Part shown: positions 8,429 through 17,708 of the stretch, in pieces | How positions within the stretch are numbered: the first letter of the stretch is position 1 | Layout: each line of letters begins with the position of its first letter | Virus record (IMG/VR): IMGVR_UViG_3300031949_000055 | Span: 1 to 51,435 of that record | Length of the DNA: 51,435 nucleotides | Direction: 5' to 3' (one strand) | Source: a virus | Taxonomy: Duplodnaviria; Caudoviricetes | Program-made: the position numbers and the translations under genes | The notes under the pieces: generated by a model | The model's database searches: none | What the model was told of the DNA's origin: nothing | What the model saw: the letters and a program-made list of their open reading frames with translations, nothing else

Positions 8429-8640
8429 AGCCTGCGGGCGGAATCGTCACGCTCACAGACCACAACCCCGATAGCCTGGTGAAGCCGGGCGACGGCATGA
8501 TGACCCCGACTGGCCGGAGGTATCGAGTGCTCGAGCGGCAGGGCCGCCGCCTGACCTGTGTCGTGCTGGGACCGGCCGAGCCCTGGACAGAGGGTGGGGA
8601 GTGGCTTTGGACTTGGGCATGGAGAGGCAAGCATGGCTGA
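8425..8640 (+). CDS. Hypothetical protein
   Basis: ATGA coupling; fills the gap to the next gene. Confidence 0.55.
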   Translation: MKPAGGIVTLTDHNPDSLVKPGDGMMTPTGRRYRVLERQGRRLTCVVLGPAEPWTEGGEWLWTWAWRGKHG

Positions 8641-9442
8641 GCGAACCGGAATAGAGTGGTGCGACGCGACGTTCAACCCGTGGTGGGGTTGCATGAAGGT
8701 CAGCCCGGGATGCGCCAACTGCTACGCAGAGAACTCAGCGCACCGGTGGGGGCACGAGGTTTGGGGCCCGGCAGGGGAACGGCGGTTCTTCCCGGACCGG
8801 CATTGGGCCGAGCCTATGGCATGGTGGCGGCGGGCAGTGCGCGACGGGGTGAGACGCCGCGTGTTCTGCGGTTCCATGTGCGACATTTTCGAAGACCTGC
8901 GGGTGCTCGACAGCCAGCGGACCAGGCTGTGGGAGCTGATAGAGGCGACGCCAGACCTGGATTGGCTGCTGTTGACGAAACGACCTGAGAACATCGCGCG
9001 GATGTGCCCTATCGCCGGGGTGGCTGAAAACATCTGGCTGGGGACGTCGGCCGAGGACCAGGAACGATACGATGAACGCCTCGAGGAGCTGCTTTGTGCC
9101 CCGCCAGCGTCGGTGAAGTTCATCTCGGCGGAACCTTTGCTCGGGCCGATAGACCTGTGCCTGCTCGGGACGGTGCCGGCGGCCTGGGGGATGGGCTACA
9201 AGGGAATCTACCAGCTCCTCGATTGGGTGATTGTTGGCGGCGAGAGCCAGGACGGATGCAGGCCGATGGAGCTATCCTGGGCGCGGGAGGTCGTCAAGCA
9301 GTGCCGCCAGGCGAATGTGGCCTGCTTCGTCAAGCAGCTTGGGGGCCACCCGGACAAGCGCGACGAACCGCAGGCATGGCCTGAAGACCTGCGTGTGCGT
9401 GAATTCCCCGTGGTAGGCTTGGGTCAGCCCATGAACGGGTGA
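8633..9442 (+). CDS. DUF5131 / Gp37Gp68 family radical SAM-like protein
   Basis: TGIEWCDATFNPWWGCMKVSPGCANCYAE, VFCGSMCDIF, LLTKRP, FISAEPLLGP and WVIVGGES motifs. Confidence 0.9.
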   Translation: MAERTGIEWCDATFNPWWGCMKVSPGCANCYAENSAHRWGHEVWGPAGERRFFPDRHWAEPMAWWRRAVRDGVRRRVFCGSMCDIFEDLRVLDSQRTRLWELIEATPDLDWLLLTKRPENIARMCPIAGVAENIWLGTSAEDQERYDERLEELLCAPPASVKFISAEPLLGPIDLCLLGTVPAAWGMGYKGIYQLLDWVIVGGESQDGCRPMELSWAREVVKQCRQANVACFVKQLGGHPDKRDEPQAWPEDLRVREFPVVGLGQPMNG

Positions 9443-9469
9443 CCGAGCAACGGCAGAAGGAGCAGCATC

Positions 9470-10276
9470 ATGGCCGGGACCAAGGGCCAGTTCGTCAAAC
9501 AGGCGGACGTCCTCGCATGGCTCGACGAGCGCAAGTGGCCCCACGACCCCGCAGCATGGACGAAGGAGCAAGACACCGACACCCGGTTGGCCTGGGGTAT
9601 TTGCGGGCACCGAGACCGGCGGCAGCTGCCGTGCACGCGGAAGCCCGAGAACGGGACGGCGCGCTGCAAGCACGCTGGAGCGAAGTCAGGCAAGGGCTTC
9701 TCTAACCCGGCCTACCGGCACGGGATGGACAGCCGCTACATGCCGCCTCCGCTGCTAGAGGTCGCGACCCGGGCATTCCACGATGGCGAGCTGCTCAACG
9801 CGGCCAGAGACCTGGCGCTCATCGAGGCCAGGCTGGACCAGCTGCTTCACCGGGTGGACACCGGCGAGACCGGCAAGACTTGGGGAGCCGTGCAGCAGGA
9901 ATGGCAGGGACTGCGCGAGGCCCTGCGGGAAGCCCGGGCGCACCCGGACGACCAGAGCAAGCAGGACGACGTGCAGCAGCGCATGGTGGGCCTGAGCCTG
10001 CTGGTGAGCCGGGGGCAAGGAGACACGCAGGCCTGGGTTGAGATTCAAGACACGCTCGAGGTGCGGCGGAAGTTCATTGAGACCGAGAGCAAGCGCCGGG
10101 AAAAGATGCAGGAGCAGGTGAGCCTGGAGGAGGCGCTGGTTAGTTACCGGGCGCTGGTGGCGGCCGTGAAGGATGAGGTCAAGGACCCGAAGCTCCAGCG
10201 GCGGATTGCGGAGCGGTTCGCAACCATCGTGGGGGTGGCACGCATCCCCAGGTTGGCGAGCCAGGCGAGGGAGTGA
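9470..10276 (+). CDS. Probable terminase small subunit (HGGxSTG-like N-terminal motif)
   Basis: CG...C...NGTARCKHAGAKS...YRHG motif, helical C-terminus, position upstream of the large terminase. Confidence 0.6.
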   Translation: MAGTKGQFVKQADVLAWLDERKWPHDPAAWTKEQDTDTRLAWGICGHRDRRQLPCTRKPENGTARCKHAGAKSGKGFSNPAYRHGMDSRYMPPPLLEVATRAFHDGELLNAARDLALIEARLDQLLHRVDTGETGKTWGAVQQEWQGLREALREARAHPDDQSKQDDVQQRMVGLSLLVSRGQGDTQAWVEIQDTLEVRRKFIETESKRREKMQEQVSLEEALVSYRALVAAVKDEVKDPKLQRRIAERFATIVGVARIPRLASQARE

Positions 10277-10280
10277 CGCA

Positions 10281-10481
10281 ATGAGAACAGAGACGCGTGA
10301 GTACGACAGCCACAAGCGCATGCAGAAGGACATGCCGAGATGGGAGGGCGCGGGGTGGGGGGCGGGGGCGGTGCAGGCCGTGAAAGAACGGCGCAAGTGG
10401 AGCGGCTGCCTGGGGTTCCTTCCGGCGCTGTTCTTGGGGGCCAGAACGAAGTACCTCGTGACGTACCACCGGAGCGATTGA
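10281..10481 (+). CDS. Small hypothetical protein
   Basis: ATG after GAGGGAG; fills the gap. Confidence 0.5.
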   Translation: MRTETREYDSHKRMQKDMPRWEGAGWGAGAVQAVKERRKWSGCLGFLPALFLGARTKYLVTYHRSD

Positions 10482-10507
10482 ATGCTCGCGTGAGCAGGAA
10501 AGATTGA

Positions 10508-11158
10508 GTGAGACCCACCGTCGACCTGCGGCTAGGCGATTGCTTGGGGATGCTGGACGGACTTCCACCCTTTGACGTCATCATCACAGACCCGCCGTAT
10601 CCCGACCATTACACGGACGCTTGGCCGACGACGTCGATTGAATTCTTGGGGAGGTGGCCCTGCCGACAGCTCGTGTTCTGGTCGGCGAAAGTAGAGTTGC
10701 CCCTGGACTATAGCGCCATTCACATTTGGGCCAAGACCGGCGTGGGACTGGCAAGTATGTACGAACGCATCTTCGAGCGGAATGGGTCGGGCCACTATCG
10801 GGTGTTCCGCGGGACGCCAGTCCTCAACCCGGTGATGGCGACATTCGGAAGGGATATCTACTGCGACCATCCAGCGCAGAAGCCGATAGGCTTGATGCGC
10901 CAGCTGGTGGAGGAATTCTGTCCCTATGGCGGCACGGTATTCGACCCATTCATGGGCACGGGGACAACCGGTGTGGCGTGCGTCGAGATGGGACGTAACT
11001 TCTTGGGCATCGAACTGGAGGAGAGGTACTACAGGATGGCTGAAGAACGATTGAGTAGCGCCCGCCTTATCAAGTCGATGGGGCCGACCTGGAGCGAACA
11101 AAGCGTGCGGAAGGCACTCAGCCGGAGGTTGGCGAGGTTCGCAAAGGAACACAAGTGA
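10508..11158 (+). CDS. Orphan DNA amino-methyltransferase (N6A/N4C, beta class)
   Basis: GDCL, ITDPPY, HPAQKP and DPFMGTGTTG...GIEL motifs in beta-class order. Confidence 0.9.
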   Translation: MRPTVDLRLGDCLGMLDGLPPFDVIITDPPYPDHYTDAWPTTSIEFLGRWPCRQLVFWSAKVELPLDYSAIHIWAKTGVGLASMYERIFERNGSGHYRVFRGTPVLNPVMATFGRDIYCDHPAQKPIGLMRQLVEEFCPYGGTVFDPFMGTGTTGVACVEMGRNFLGIELEERYYRMAEERLSSARLIKSMGPTWSEQSVRKALSRRLARFAKEHK

Positions 11159-12573
11159 GCCTCGCGTGGCACATCTACCGGGACCTCCTACCGTCGACGG
11201 CCCGGGACAGGACTGAGCGACTACCTGAGGGGCACGTGCTCGAGCCGGAGACCGGCGAGCCCGTGCCTTTTCATCGTGGCCAGCAGCTCACTTACGACTG
11301 CCCGCGTCGGGTGGTCGGCATGTTCAGCGGCTACCAGGGGGGCAAGACAATCTTCGGCCCGGCCTGGCTGGACAACGAGATACAGCTCAAGGGCCCGGGC
11401 GATTACTTCGCGGTCAGCGCAACCTACGACCTGTTCAAGCTCAAGATGCTGCCATCGCTGCTCCAGTATTTCGAGCACACGCTGGGCATCGGGCGCTACT
11501 GGGCTGGCGACAAGATACTCGAGCTGGCGGAGCCGGACACCGGGACCTTCCTGGCCCGCGGCGTGGACGACCCCATGTGGGCCCGCATCATCCTGCGTTC
11601 GGCGGACAGCAAGGGAGGATTGGAGAGCGGGACCGGCAAGGCGGCCTGGGCGGACGAGTGCGGGCAGGACAAGTTCACGCTCGCCAGCTATCGGGCGCTC
11701 TGGCGACGGCTCACGCTCTATCAGGGCAGGCTACTGATGACGAGCACCCTGTACGACCCGGGCTGGCTTGACACCGAGGTCATCGCCAAGGCACAGAAGG
11801 GCGGGCGCACGAAGGTCGTGACACTCGAGAACGGCGCGGTCATCGAGCTCACCGACAACCCGAAAGCGGATATCGCCCTGGTGCAGTATGACAGCATCGT
11901 CAACCCGGCCTTTCCGGAGGCGGAGTTCGAAGCAGCCAGGCTGAGCATGCCTGACGACGAGTTCCAGTCCTTCCTGAGGGGGCGACGAGTGTCGAGCCGG
12001 ACACTCATCTACGATTGCTACGACAAGCGCCTGCACACCTGCCCGCGGTTCGTCATCCCGGACGATTGGCCTCGCTACTTCGGGTTGGACTTCGGGGGGC
12101 AGCACACGGCAGTGGTGAAACTGGCGGAGGAGCCGGGGAGCAAGCGCCTGTATGGCTATGGCATCTACCAGGCGGGCGGCAAGACGGGGAAGGAGCACGT
12201 GAACGACATGATGAAGGGGGAAAAGAGTCGGCCGCGCACTTACGGCGGGAGTTCCAGCGAGGACCAGTGGCGGCGGGAGTTCGGCTCCGGAGGTATGGCG
12301 GTGATAGAGCCGCTAATTGGGGACGTTGACCTCGGTATCAACCGAGTGTATGCTACGATGAAAGCGGGCGACCTGATATTCTTCGACGACCTGACCGAGC
12401 TTACTGACGATTTCGCCCGATACCGCTACCATCGAGACAAGTTCGGGAACGTCACGAGAGACATAGAGGCCAAAGCGACCTTCCACCTCCTCGATGGCCT
12501 GCGGTATGTGGTCAGCAGCATCCGAGGAGGGGTTGGCAAAGCCAAGGTACGGCGGCTCGGAAGCGGGGCCTGA
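11155..12573 (+). CDS. terL: Terminase large subunit
   Basis: Walker A-like SGYQGGKT, Walker B AWADE, motif III MTST, nuclease FGLDFG and HLLDGLRY. Confidence 0.9.
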   Translation: MSLAWHIYRDLLPSTARDRTERLPEGHVLEPETGEPVPFHRGQQLTYDCPRRVVGMFSGYQGGKTIFGPAWLDNEIQLKGPGDYFAVSATYDLFKLKMLPSLLQYFEHTLGIGRYWAGDKILELAEPDTGTFLARGVDDPMWARIILRSADSKGGLESGTGKAAWADECGQDKFTLASYRALWRRLTLYQGRLLMTSTLYDPGWLDTEVIAKAQKGGRTKVVTLENGAVIELTDNPKADIALVQYDSIVNPAFPEAEFEAARLSMPDDEFQSFLRGRRVSSRTLIYDCYDKRLHTCPRFVIPDDWPRYFGLDFGGQHTAVVKLAEEPGSKRLYGYGIYQAGGKTGKEHVNDMMKGEKSRPRTYGGSSSEDQWRREFGSGGMAVIEPLIGDVDLGINRVYATMKAGDLIFFDDLTELTDDFARYRYHRDKFGNVTRDIEAKATFHLLDGLRYVVSSIRGGVGKAKVRRLGSGA

Positions 12574-12584
12574 GGGACTGAGGC

Positions 12585-14861
12585 ATGATGGAGATGACCA
12601 AGGACCCCCGCGAGCTGGCGGTGGCAGGCAACCGGGAAGGGACGAAAGACGTTGACGCCGCACGAGCGGCGAGCGTACAGGAGAGGGCGACGACAGGCCG
12701 CGGGCGACCGGGCCTGTCGTTGTTCTTGTGGGCGGCGGGGGGAGGCACGGACCTCATCCCGCCCTGGTGGAGCCGGTCCAGAGACGCTGAGCTGCGGAAG
12801 TTCTGGCGCAGGATTGACCACCTGGCCGGGGCCGTCTACACGATGGAGTCGCTCATCTCGACTATCCCGCTGCGAGTCGAGGCGCTCGACCCGACGGTGC
12901 AGCTGCACAAGCGCCAGGCCGAGGAGTTCACGACATTCCTTATGGAGGAAGCGGACTTCGGCGAAGGCTGGGGCTTCTGGGTTCAGCGATGGGTTGAGGA
13001 CCACGTCACGCAGGACAACGGGGCCTTCGCCGAAGTGCTGGGCGACGGTCCTCCCGATGGACCCATCTTCGGCCCGGCGCTCGGGCTGGCACACCTGGAC
13101 AGCTATCGTTGCACGCGCACGGGTCACCCAGAGTTCCCGGTGCTGTTCATGGACACGAACGGCAACCAGTCGAAGCTCCATCGAAGCCGGGTGATGATGT
13201 CGTCCAGCATGCCGAGCCCGGCGTCGGAGATGAACGGGGTCGGGTTTTGCGCCGTGAGCCGTTGCGTGAACGTGGCGCAGACGCTGCTCGACATGATGGT
13301 CTACCGCCAGGAGAAACTCGGCAGCCGCCCTTCGCAGGGAATCTTGGTGACGAAGGGCGGGCTCGACCCCGACGACGTCAACGAGGCTTTTCAGGTCGCC
13401 GAGCAGACGATGGACAACCAGCTGCTGCGGCGCTACGGAAAGTTCGTGGTCATGGGTGACAGCAGCCTCATCGACGCGGGGATAGACAAGGTCGAGCTGA
13501 CGGGCCTGCCGGAGGGGTTCAACGAGAAAGAGGCGACCGGCTTGGCGATGGCGGCGATTGCGCTGGCCTTCGGAACGGACCCCCGCGAGCTGTTCCCGGG
13601 AATGACCATCGGAGCCACAAGGGCAGAAGCACTCATCGCCCACCTCAAGCAACGCGGCAAGGGCCCGGGCCAGCTGCTGCAGAATATCGAGCGCGGCTTG
13701 AATGCGAAGTTCCTGCCGCCGCACCTCAAGGCAGTGTTCGACTTCCAGGACGACGCTCAGGACGAGCAGCGGGCGGACATCAAGACCTCGAGGGCGACGC
13801 GGCGCACGGAGGAGCTGGGCTCGGAAGTGCTGGACGTGCGAGGGGCCAGAGAGATTGCGCTCGAGGAGGAGGACCTGAGCGAAGCACAATTCGCCGACCT
13901 CGAGCTGCGGGACGGCCGCCTGCCGAACGGTGATAGCGTGTTGACCCTGTTCTACCGAGGCGATTACGCCGAGCACCTGGACTTGGGCGTGGTGGACCCG
14001 GTGAACGTCGGGGCAAGCGAGGCAGGGCTGCTCAAGGAGAGCATCAAGCTACGGCGGGCGGAGCTGATGACCAAGCTCGAGGCCGCCGGAGATAGCCCGC
14101 GCCGCAGGCCCATCGTCGAGAGCCTGGCCGCCCTGGATGCTCTGGAGAAGGGCGACGGGGAACGGACGAAGCCGAAGCCGCCGCCAGTGCTGCCTGCGCC
14201 GCCTGTGCCCGGTGAACGGCCAGGCGAGCCAGCTGAGCCAGGGGCGGAGCTGGAGCGGACCCAGGTGGAAGGGGCTGAGCACATGCCGGGCCCGGAGGAC
14301 ATGGAGATGGACAAGCGCCTGACGGTCTACGACCCGGCGGACGCCTTGCTGGCGGAGGCGGTGGGCTTGCTGCGTTCGGTGAAGAGGGACAGCGCCAACG
14401 TCGTGCGCGTGGGCCCGGGCGAGGTGCCCGACCTCCGGCCCATCATCGTGCAGGGACCGGACATGCAGCCGGTAGCGGATGCGGTGAAGGCCGTGGGGGC
14501 AAGCGTGGCCGATGGGTTGCGCAACATGCCGCCAACGCAGGTGTTCGTCCAGACCGAGGAGCTGGCCGCAGCGACGGACCGGCAGACGAAGGCGCTGCAA
14601 AGTCAGGTGCCGCCGACTGTCATCGTCCAGATGGACGAGCTGGCGGGCAGCATCCGGGACGCCTTCCAGACCATCGGCAAGATGTTCAGTGGGATGGTCG
14701 ATGCAGTCAGGGACCAGCAACCGCCGAGCGTGACGGTCAACCTGCCGGAGACGCCGGTGAGCCTGGAAGTCATCATGCCCGCCAGCCGCACGACCAAGAA
14801 GATTGTGCGCGACGCTCTCGGGCGGGCCGACACCATCATCGAGGAGACGACGCCGGAGTGA
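12585..14861 (+). CDS. Portal protein with a long Pro-rich C-terminal extension
   Basis: Directly follows terL; DNGAFAEV, IALAFG.DP.EL and IERGLN...FDF portal-like segments. Confidence 0.8.
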   Translation: MMEMTKDPRELAVAGNREGTKDVDAARAASVQERATTGRGRPGLSLFLWAAGGGTDLIPPWWSRSRDAELRKFWRRIDHLAGAVYTMESLISTIPLRVEALDPTVQLHKRQAEEFTTFLMEEADFGEGWGFWVQRWVEDHVTQDNGAFAEVLGDGPPDGPIFGPALGLAHLDSYRCTRTGHPEFPVLFMDTNGNQSKLHRSRVMMSSSMPSPASEMNGVGFCAVSRCVNVAQTLLDMMVYRQEKLGSRPSQGILVTKGGLDPDDVNEAFQVAEQTMDNQLLRRYGKFVVMGDSSLIDAGIDKVELTGLPEGFNEKEATGLAMAAIALAFGTDPRELFPGMTIGATRAEALIAHLKQRGKGPGQLLQNIERGLNAKFLPPHLKAVFDFQDDAQDEQRADIKTSRATRRTEELGSEVLDVRGAREIALEEEDLSEAQFADLELRDGRLPNGDSVLTLFYRGDYAEHLDLGVVDPVNVGASEAGLLKESIKLRRAELMTKLEAAGDSPRRRPIVESLAALDALEKGDGERTKPKPPPVLPAPPVPGERPGEPAEPGAELERTQVEGAEHMPGPEDMEMDKRLTVYDPADALLAEAVGLLRSVKRDSANVVRVGPGEVPDLRPIIVQGPDMQPVADAVKAVGASVADGLRNMPPTQVFVQTEELAAATDRQTKALQSQVPPTVIVQMDELAGSIRDAFQTIGKMFSGMVDAVRDQQPPSVTVNLPETPVSLEVIMPASRTTKKIVRDALGRADTIIEETTPE

Positions 14862-15079
14862 GCCCGCCGGAGCTGGGCGTCAAGCAATTCGTGGCCGTGG
14901 TGCGCTCCCGCTGGTGTCGGTTTATGGTGTTCACGACCGGAAGTCCACGGCACTACCTGTTCTCGCAGTTGGACCCGCATGGCTGCCAGACGGGGCTACA
15001 CTTCCCGGTGCTGAAGGCCGACTTGCGGCGCGACATTCGACGGGCCCTGGCACACGGCTGGGGCAACGCGAGCCTCTGA
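14858..15079 (+). CDS. Hypothetical protein
   Basis: GTGA coupling. Confidence 0.45.
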   Translation: MSPPELGVKQFVAVVRSRWCRFMVFTTGSPRHYLFSQLDPHGCQTGLHFPVLKADLRRDIRRALAHGWGNASL

Positions 15080-15092
15080 AGGAGGGGCGAAC

Positions 15093-15371
15093 ATGGGAAC
15101 GATACAGCTGGGTGACCTGGTCAGGGACATCATCAGCGGCTTCGAGGGAGTCATCACCGGCAAGACGGAGTGGCTGAACGGCTGCGTGCGGTACATGCTC
15201 GAGCCGCGCTCGCTCGACAAGGATGGCAATCGGGTAGCAGCGAACTGGTTCGACAGCGCCCAGGTGGAACTGGTCACGAAGGCCGTCATCCCGTCGTTCG
15301 AGAGCCTGAGCGAGGAAGCCGAGGCTGAGCGTACTGGCGGCCCGCCGGTTGCGGGCGACCCGACGAGGTAA
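15093..15371 (+). CDS. Conserved small phage protein (SH3-like beta barrel)
   Basis: LGDLVRDIISGFEGVITG..EWLNGC...WFD pattern; AGGAGG SD. Confidence 0.7.
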   Translation: MGTIQLGDLVRDIISGFEGVITGKTEWLNGCVRYMLEPRSLDKDGNRVAANWFDSAQVELVTKAVIPSFESLSEEAEAERTGGPPVAGDPTR

Positions 15372-15377
15372 GGACCG

Positions 15378-15746
15378 ATGGAACCCTGCGCATACTGCGG
15401 GACCTTCGGGAGTCATGAGAACATACGCGGCCAGCCCGAATGCGGGGGTTGCGCTCGGCCCATCGTGCTTGCGGAAGCGGAACAGCGATACTACACCGAC
15501 GGCGGAACGCCAGCGCACCCGTACTTCATCCAAGGTGGGCTGGCGCTTTTGGCGGACCGGGCAACCGCGTCCATGAAGGACCTCGACCTGGCCGAAGGCC
15601 CGGGCGAGGGCGTCGTGGTGGGAATGCCGGTCGTCACGAGCCCGCAGGTTGAGATGGGAGAGGTGCGGGTCGTGGACGGCAACATGGCTAGGCGAGCGTT
15701 CGACAAGGCCATGCGCAGCTGGCTGCTGGGAGTGGGGAGGTGGTGA
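15378..15746 (+). CDS. Zinc-ribbon hypothetical protein
   Basis: CAYC and CGGC pairs; AAGGA SD. Confidence 0.6.
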   Translation: MEPCAYCGTFGSHENIRGQPECGGCARPIVLAEAEQRYYTDGGTPAHPYFIQGGLALLADRATASMKDLDLAEGPGEGVVVGMPVVTSPQVEMGEVRVVDGNMARRAFDKAMRSWLLGVGRW

Positions 15747-16300
15747 TGGAACGCGTGAGGCTCATTTGCCCGCTCTGCCGATGGGAGGTGACCAGGCCAG
15801 CGACGGGGAGCCCGAGTGCAGTCATCTTCGGTGGCCTCCCCCCGGTGGCGCGAGGGTTGGCGCAACATCTGGAGGCGCTGCATGGCTGGACCATCTGGCA
15901 CTTCTTCGAGTGGGTCTGCGAGGTGACGATGGGCGAGCCCGTGCTGAGCCCCGAGGAGGAGCTGCGATTGCGGGCAACGCTGCAGCGCGTGACCGAACAG
16001 GCCGAGACAGAGGACGAGCGGACTGAGCGGCGGCGGCTGAACGCGTTGTGGCACCGTCCCAATTCGGGCGCTGCCGAGAACGCTGCGCTCAATGCTGAGC
16101 CGGGTTCTGCTGAGGGGGCCGGGGTGACAATGCTGTCGCTGTTTCACCATCCCGACCCGGTGGGCCCGCAGAACGCGGGGCCCGATAGCGAAACCGATTT
16201 GTCGCAGGGAAACGGACCAGCTTGCAACCCATTGGAAGGCGCGACGCCCGAGCAGATTGCTGCCGAGCTGAGGCAGAGAGACCAGGAGGAAGACACGTGA
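15746..16300 (+). CDS. Hypothetical protein with a C2H2-like motif
   Basis: CPLC...HLEALH; GGGAGG SD. Confidence 0.55.
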   Translation: MERVRLICPLCRWEVTRPATGSPSAVIFGGLPPVARGLAQHLEALHGWTIWHFFEWVCEVTMGEPVLSPEEELRLRATLQRVTEQAETEDERTERRRLNALWHRPNSGAAENAALNAEPGSAEGAGVTMLSLFHHPDPVGPQNAGPDSETDLSQGNGPACNPLEGATPEQIAAELRQRDQEEDT

Positions 16301-16797
16301 GACTGAAGCGCATCTACGCCAGGCCGGAAGGTTGGGTGAAGGAGTACAACACGAAGGACGAGGATGGCCTACTGGTCGACCCGGGGCGGCCGGAGGGGGC
16401 CATCCTGAATGTGCCGCCGTTCGACCACATCGAAGTCGAGCACACCGGCAGCGCGCCGGAGCAGAACTTCTCCACCCGCCAGGTGGCGCGGGGCCTGTCC
16501 GAGGGCTGGATAAGCATCGGCAAGGGAAAGCTCATCCTGCACGCCAAGCCGGAGGACCTGGTGTACGACATTCTCCGTGCGCCCGGCCGCTACTGCCTAC
16601 ATTGCGGCGAGAAGCTCGAGGACGACATCGCGGGCGCGCTGGCGCGCGTCCATGTGGCGACGAGGCACGTCGGGGCGAAGTCGCCCGACCCGGCCACGCC
16701 TTCGGGCTATGTTTGGCTGACCTTTTACGAGTGCCGCCTGGACGCGAAGCAGCAGAAGCGGTTTGCGGCTAAGCCGCTGGGAGGCCCCCGTGGGTAA
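16297..16797 (+). CDS. Hypothetical protein with a C2H2-like motif
   Basis: GTGA coupling; CLHC...HVATRH. Confidence 0.65.
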   Translation: MRLKRIYARPEGWVKEYNTKDEDGLLVDPGRPEGAILNVPPFDHIEVEHTGSAPEQNFSTRQVARGLSEGWISIGKGKLILHAKPEDLVYDILRAPGRYCLHCGEKLEDDIAGALARVHVATRHVGAKSPDPATPSGYVWLTFYECRLDAKQQKRFAAKPLGGPRG

Positions 16798-17254
16798 CAT
16801 CGCATTCAACCGGTCCTTGGGACGGTCGGCCGAGTTCTACAACCGTGTCGACACGAACGACCCGGCGGCGAGCGAGCTGGTGCTCATGGTGTTGGCGACG
16901 GCGGGTATAGAGGCGGACGCCGTCTACAAGGACCACGACACCTTCGCTGATGTTGTGGCGGGGACGACGAACGAGGTCACGAATGGGGGCTACGCCAAGA
17001 AGGTGCTCACCGACGCCGACATTGTGGCCTTCGCGCCGGACGACGGAGCGGACCGGGTGGACCTGGACCTGCCGGACCAGACGTGGACGGCCATCGCAGC
17101 GGGCGATGGATGGAACGATGTCGTCATCGGCTATGACCCGGTGGGTAGCCAGACGATGGCGGATATCCTGCCGATGACCCTGCACGATTTCGTGGTCACG
17201 CCGGACGGCAGCGATATCATCGCTCAGATTGCGGTGTTCCTGCGGATAACCTGA
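16790..17254 (+). CDS. Putative small virion structural protein
   Basis: Acidic, beta-rich; EVTNGGYAKK, DLPDQTWT and DFVVTPDGSDI segments recall phage fibre-anchor proteins; GGAGG SD. Confidence 0.55.
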   Translation: MGNIAFNRSLGRSAEFYNRVDTNDPAASELVLMVLATAGIEADAVYKDHDTFADVVAGTTNEVTNGGYAKKVLTDADIVAFAPDDGADRVDLDLPDQTWTAIAAGDGWNDVVIGYDPVGSQTMADILPMTLHDFVVTPDGSDIIAQIAVFLRIT

Positions 17255-17545
17255 GTGAGGCAGCGGCATCGAGCGACAAGGCTGCCTGCAGGAACAAATG
17301 TCCGCATCCGGCCCGGGGCAGCCTATTGGGGGCATATCGTCCAGGGCGGAGAATACGGCGAGGTGCTGCGGATGGATGACAACGGACCGCGGGGCGAGAA
17401 GCGCGCCGTGGTCCGGCTGTTCTTCCCGAAGCGTAGGCCAGTGCCACCGGCGGGCCAGTTGTCCAACAAGCCGACCTGGTGGGGCGGCACGTTCAATGTA
17501 AGCGACCTGGAGGTGCTTGATGCCCATGCCAACGGCCATCCGTGA
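17255..17545 (+). CDS. Hypothetical protein
   Basis: Abuts the upstream stop. Confidence 0.45.
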   Translation: MRQRHRATRLPAGTNVRIRPGAAYWGHIVQGGEYGEVLRMDDNGPRGEKRAVVRLFFPKRRPVPPAGQLSNKPTWWGGTFNVSDLEVLDAHANGHP

Positions 17546-17708
17546 CCTGCTGAAGGAACTCTACGACGAGGCCGAGAGCGCGCCCGACCAGCAGGCCAAT
17601 CGCCGCGTGGCCTTTCGGGGCCGCACGTATAAGGTGCGGGTCGAGCTCGCCAACCCGGACCGGCCAGCGGGGACCATTCTCATCGCCCTGACGCCGAGGC
17701 CTGAGTGA
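17520..17708 (+). CDS. Small hypothetical protein
   Basis: GGAGGT SD; GTGA coupling downstream. Confidence 0.55.
   Translation: MPMPTAIRDLLKELYDEAESAPDQQANRRVAFRGRTYKVRVELANPDRPAGTILIALTPRPE

Noticed and set aside
9439-9705. ORF coupled to the DUF5131 stop
   Set aside because: Overlaps the terminase-small-like gene, which has an AAGGAG SD and conserved motifs; Arg/Pro-rich off-frame composition
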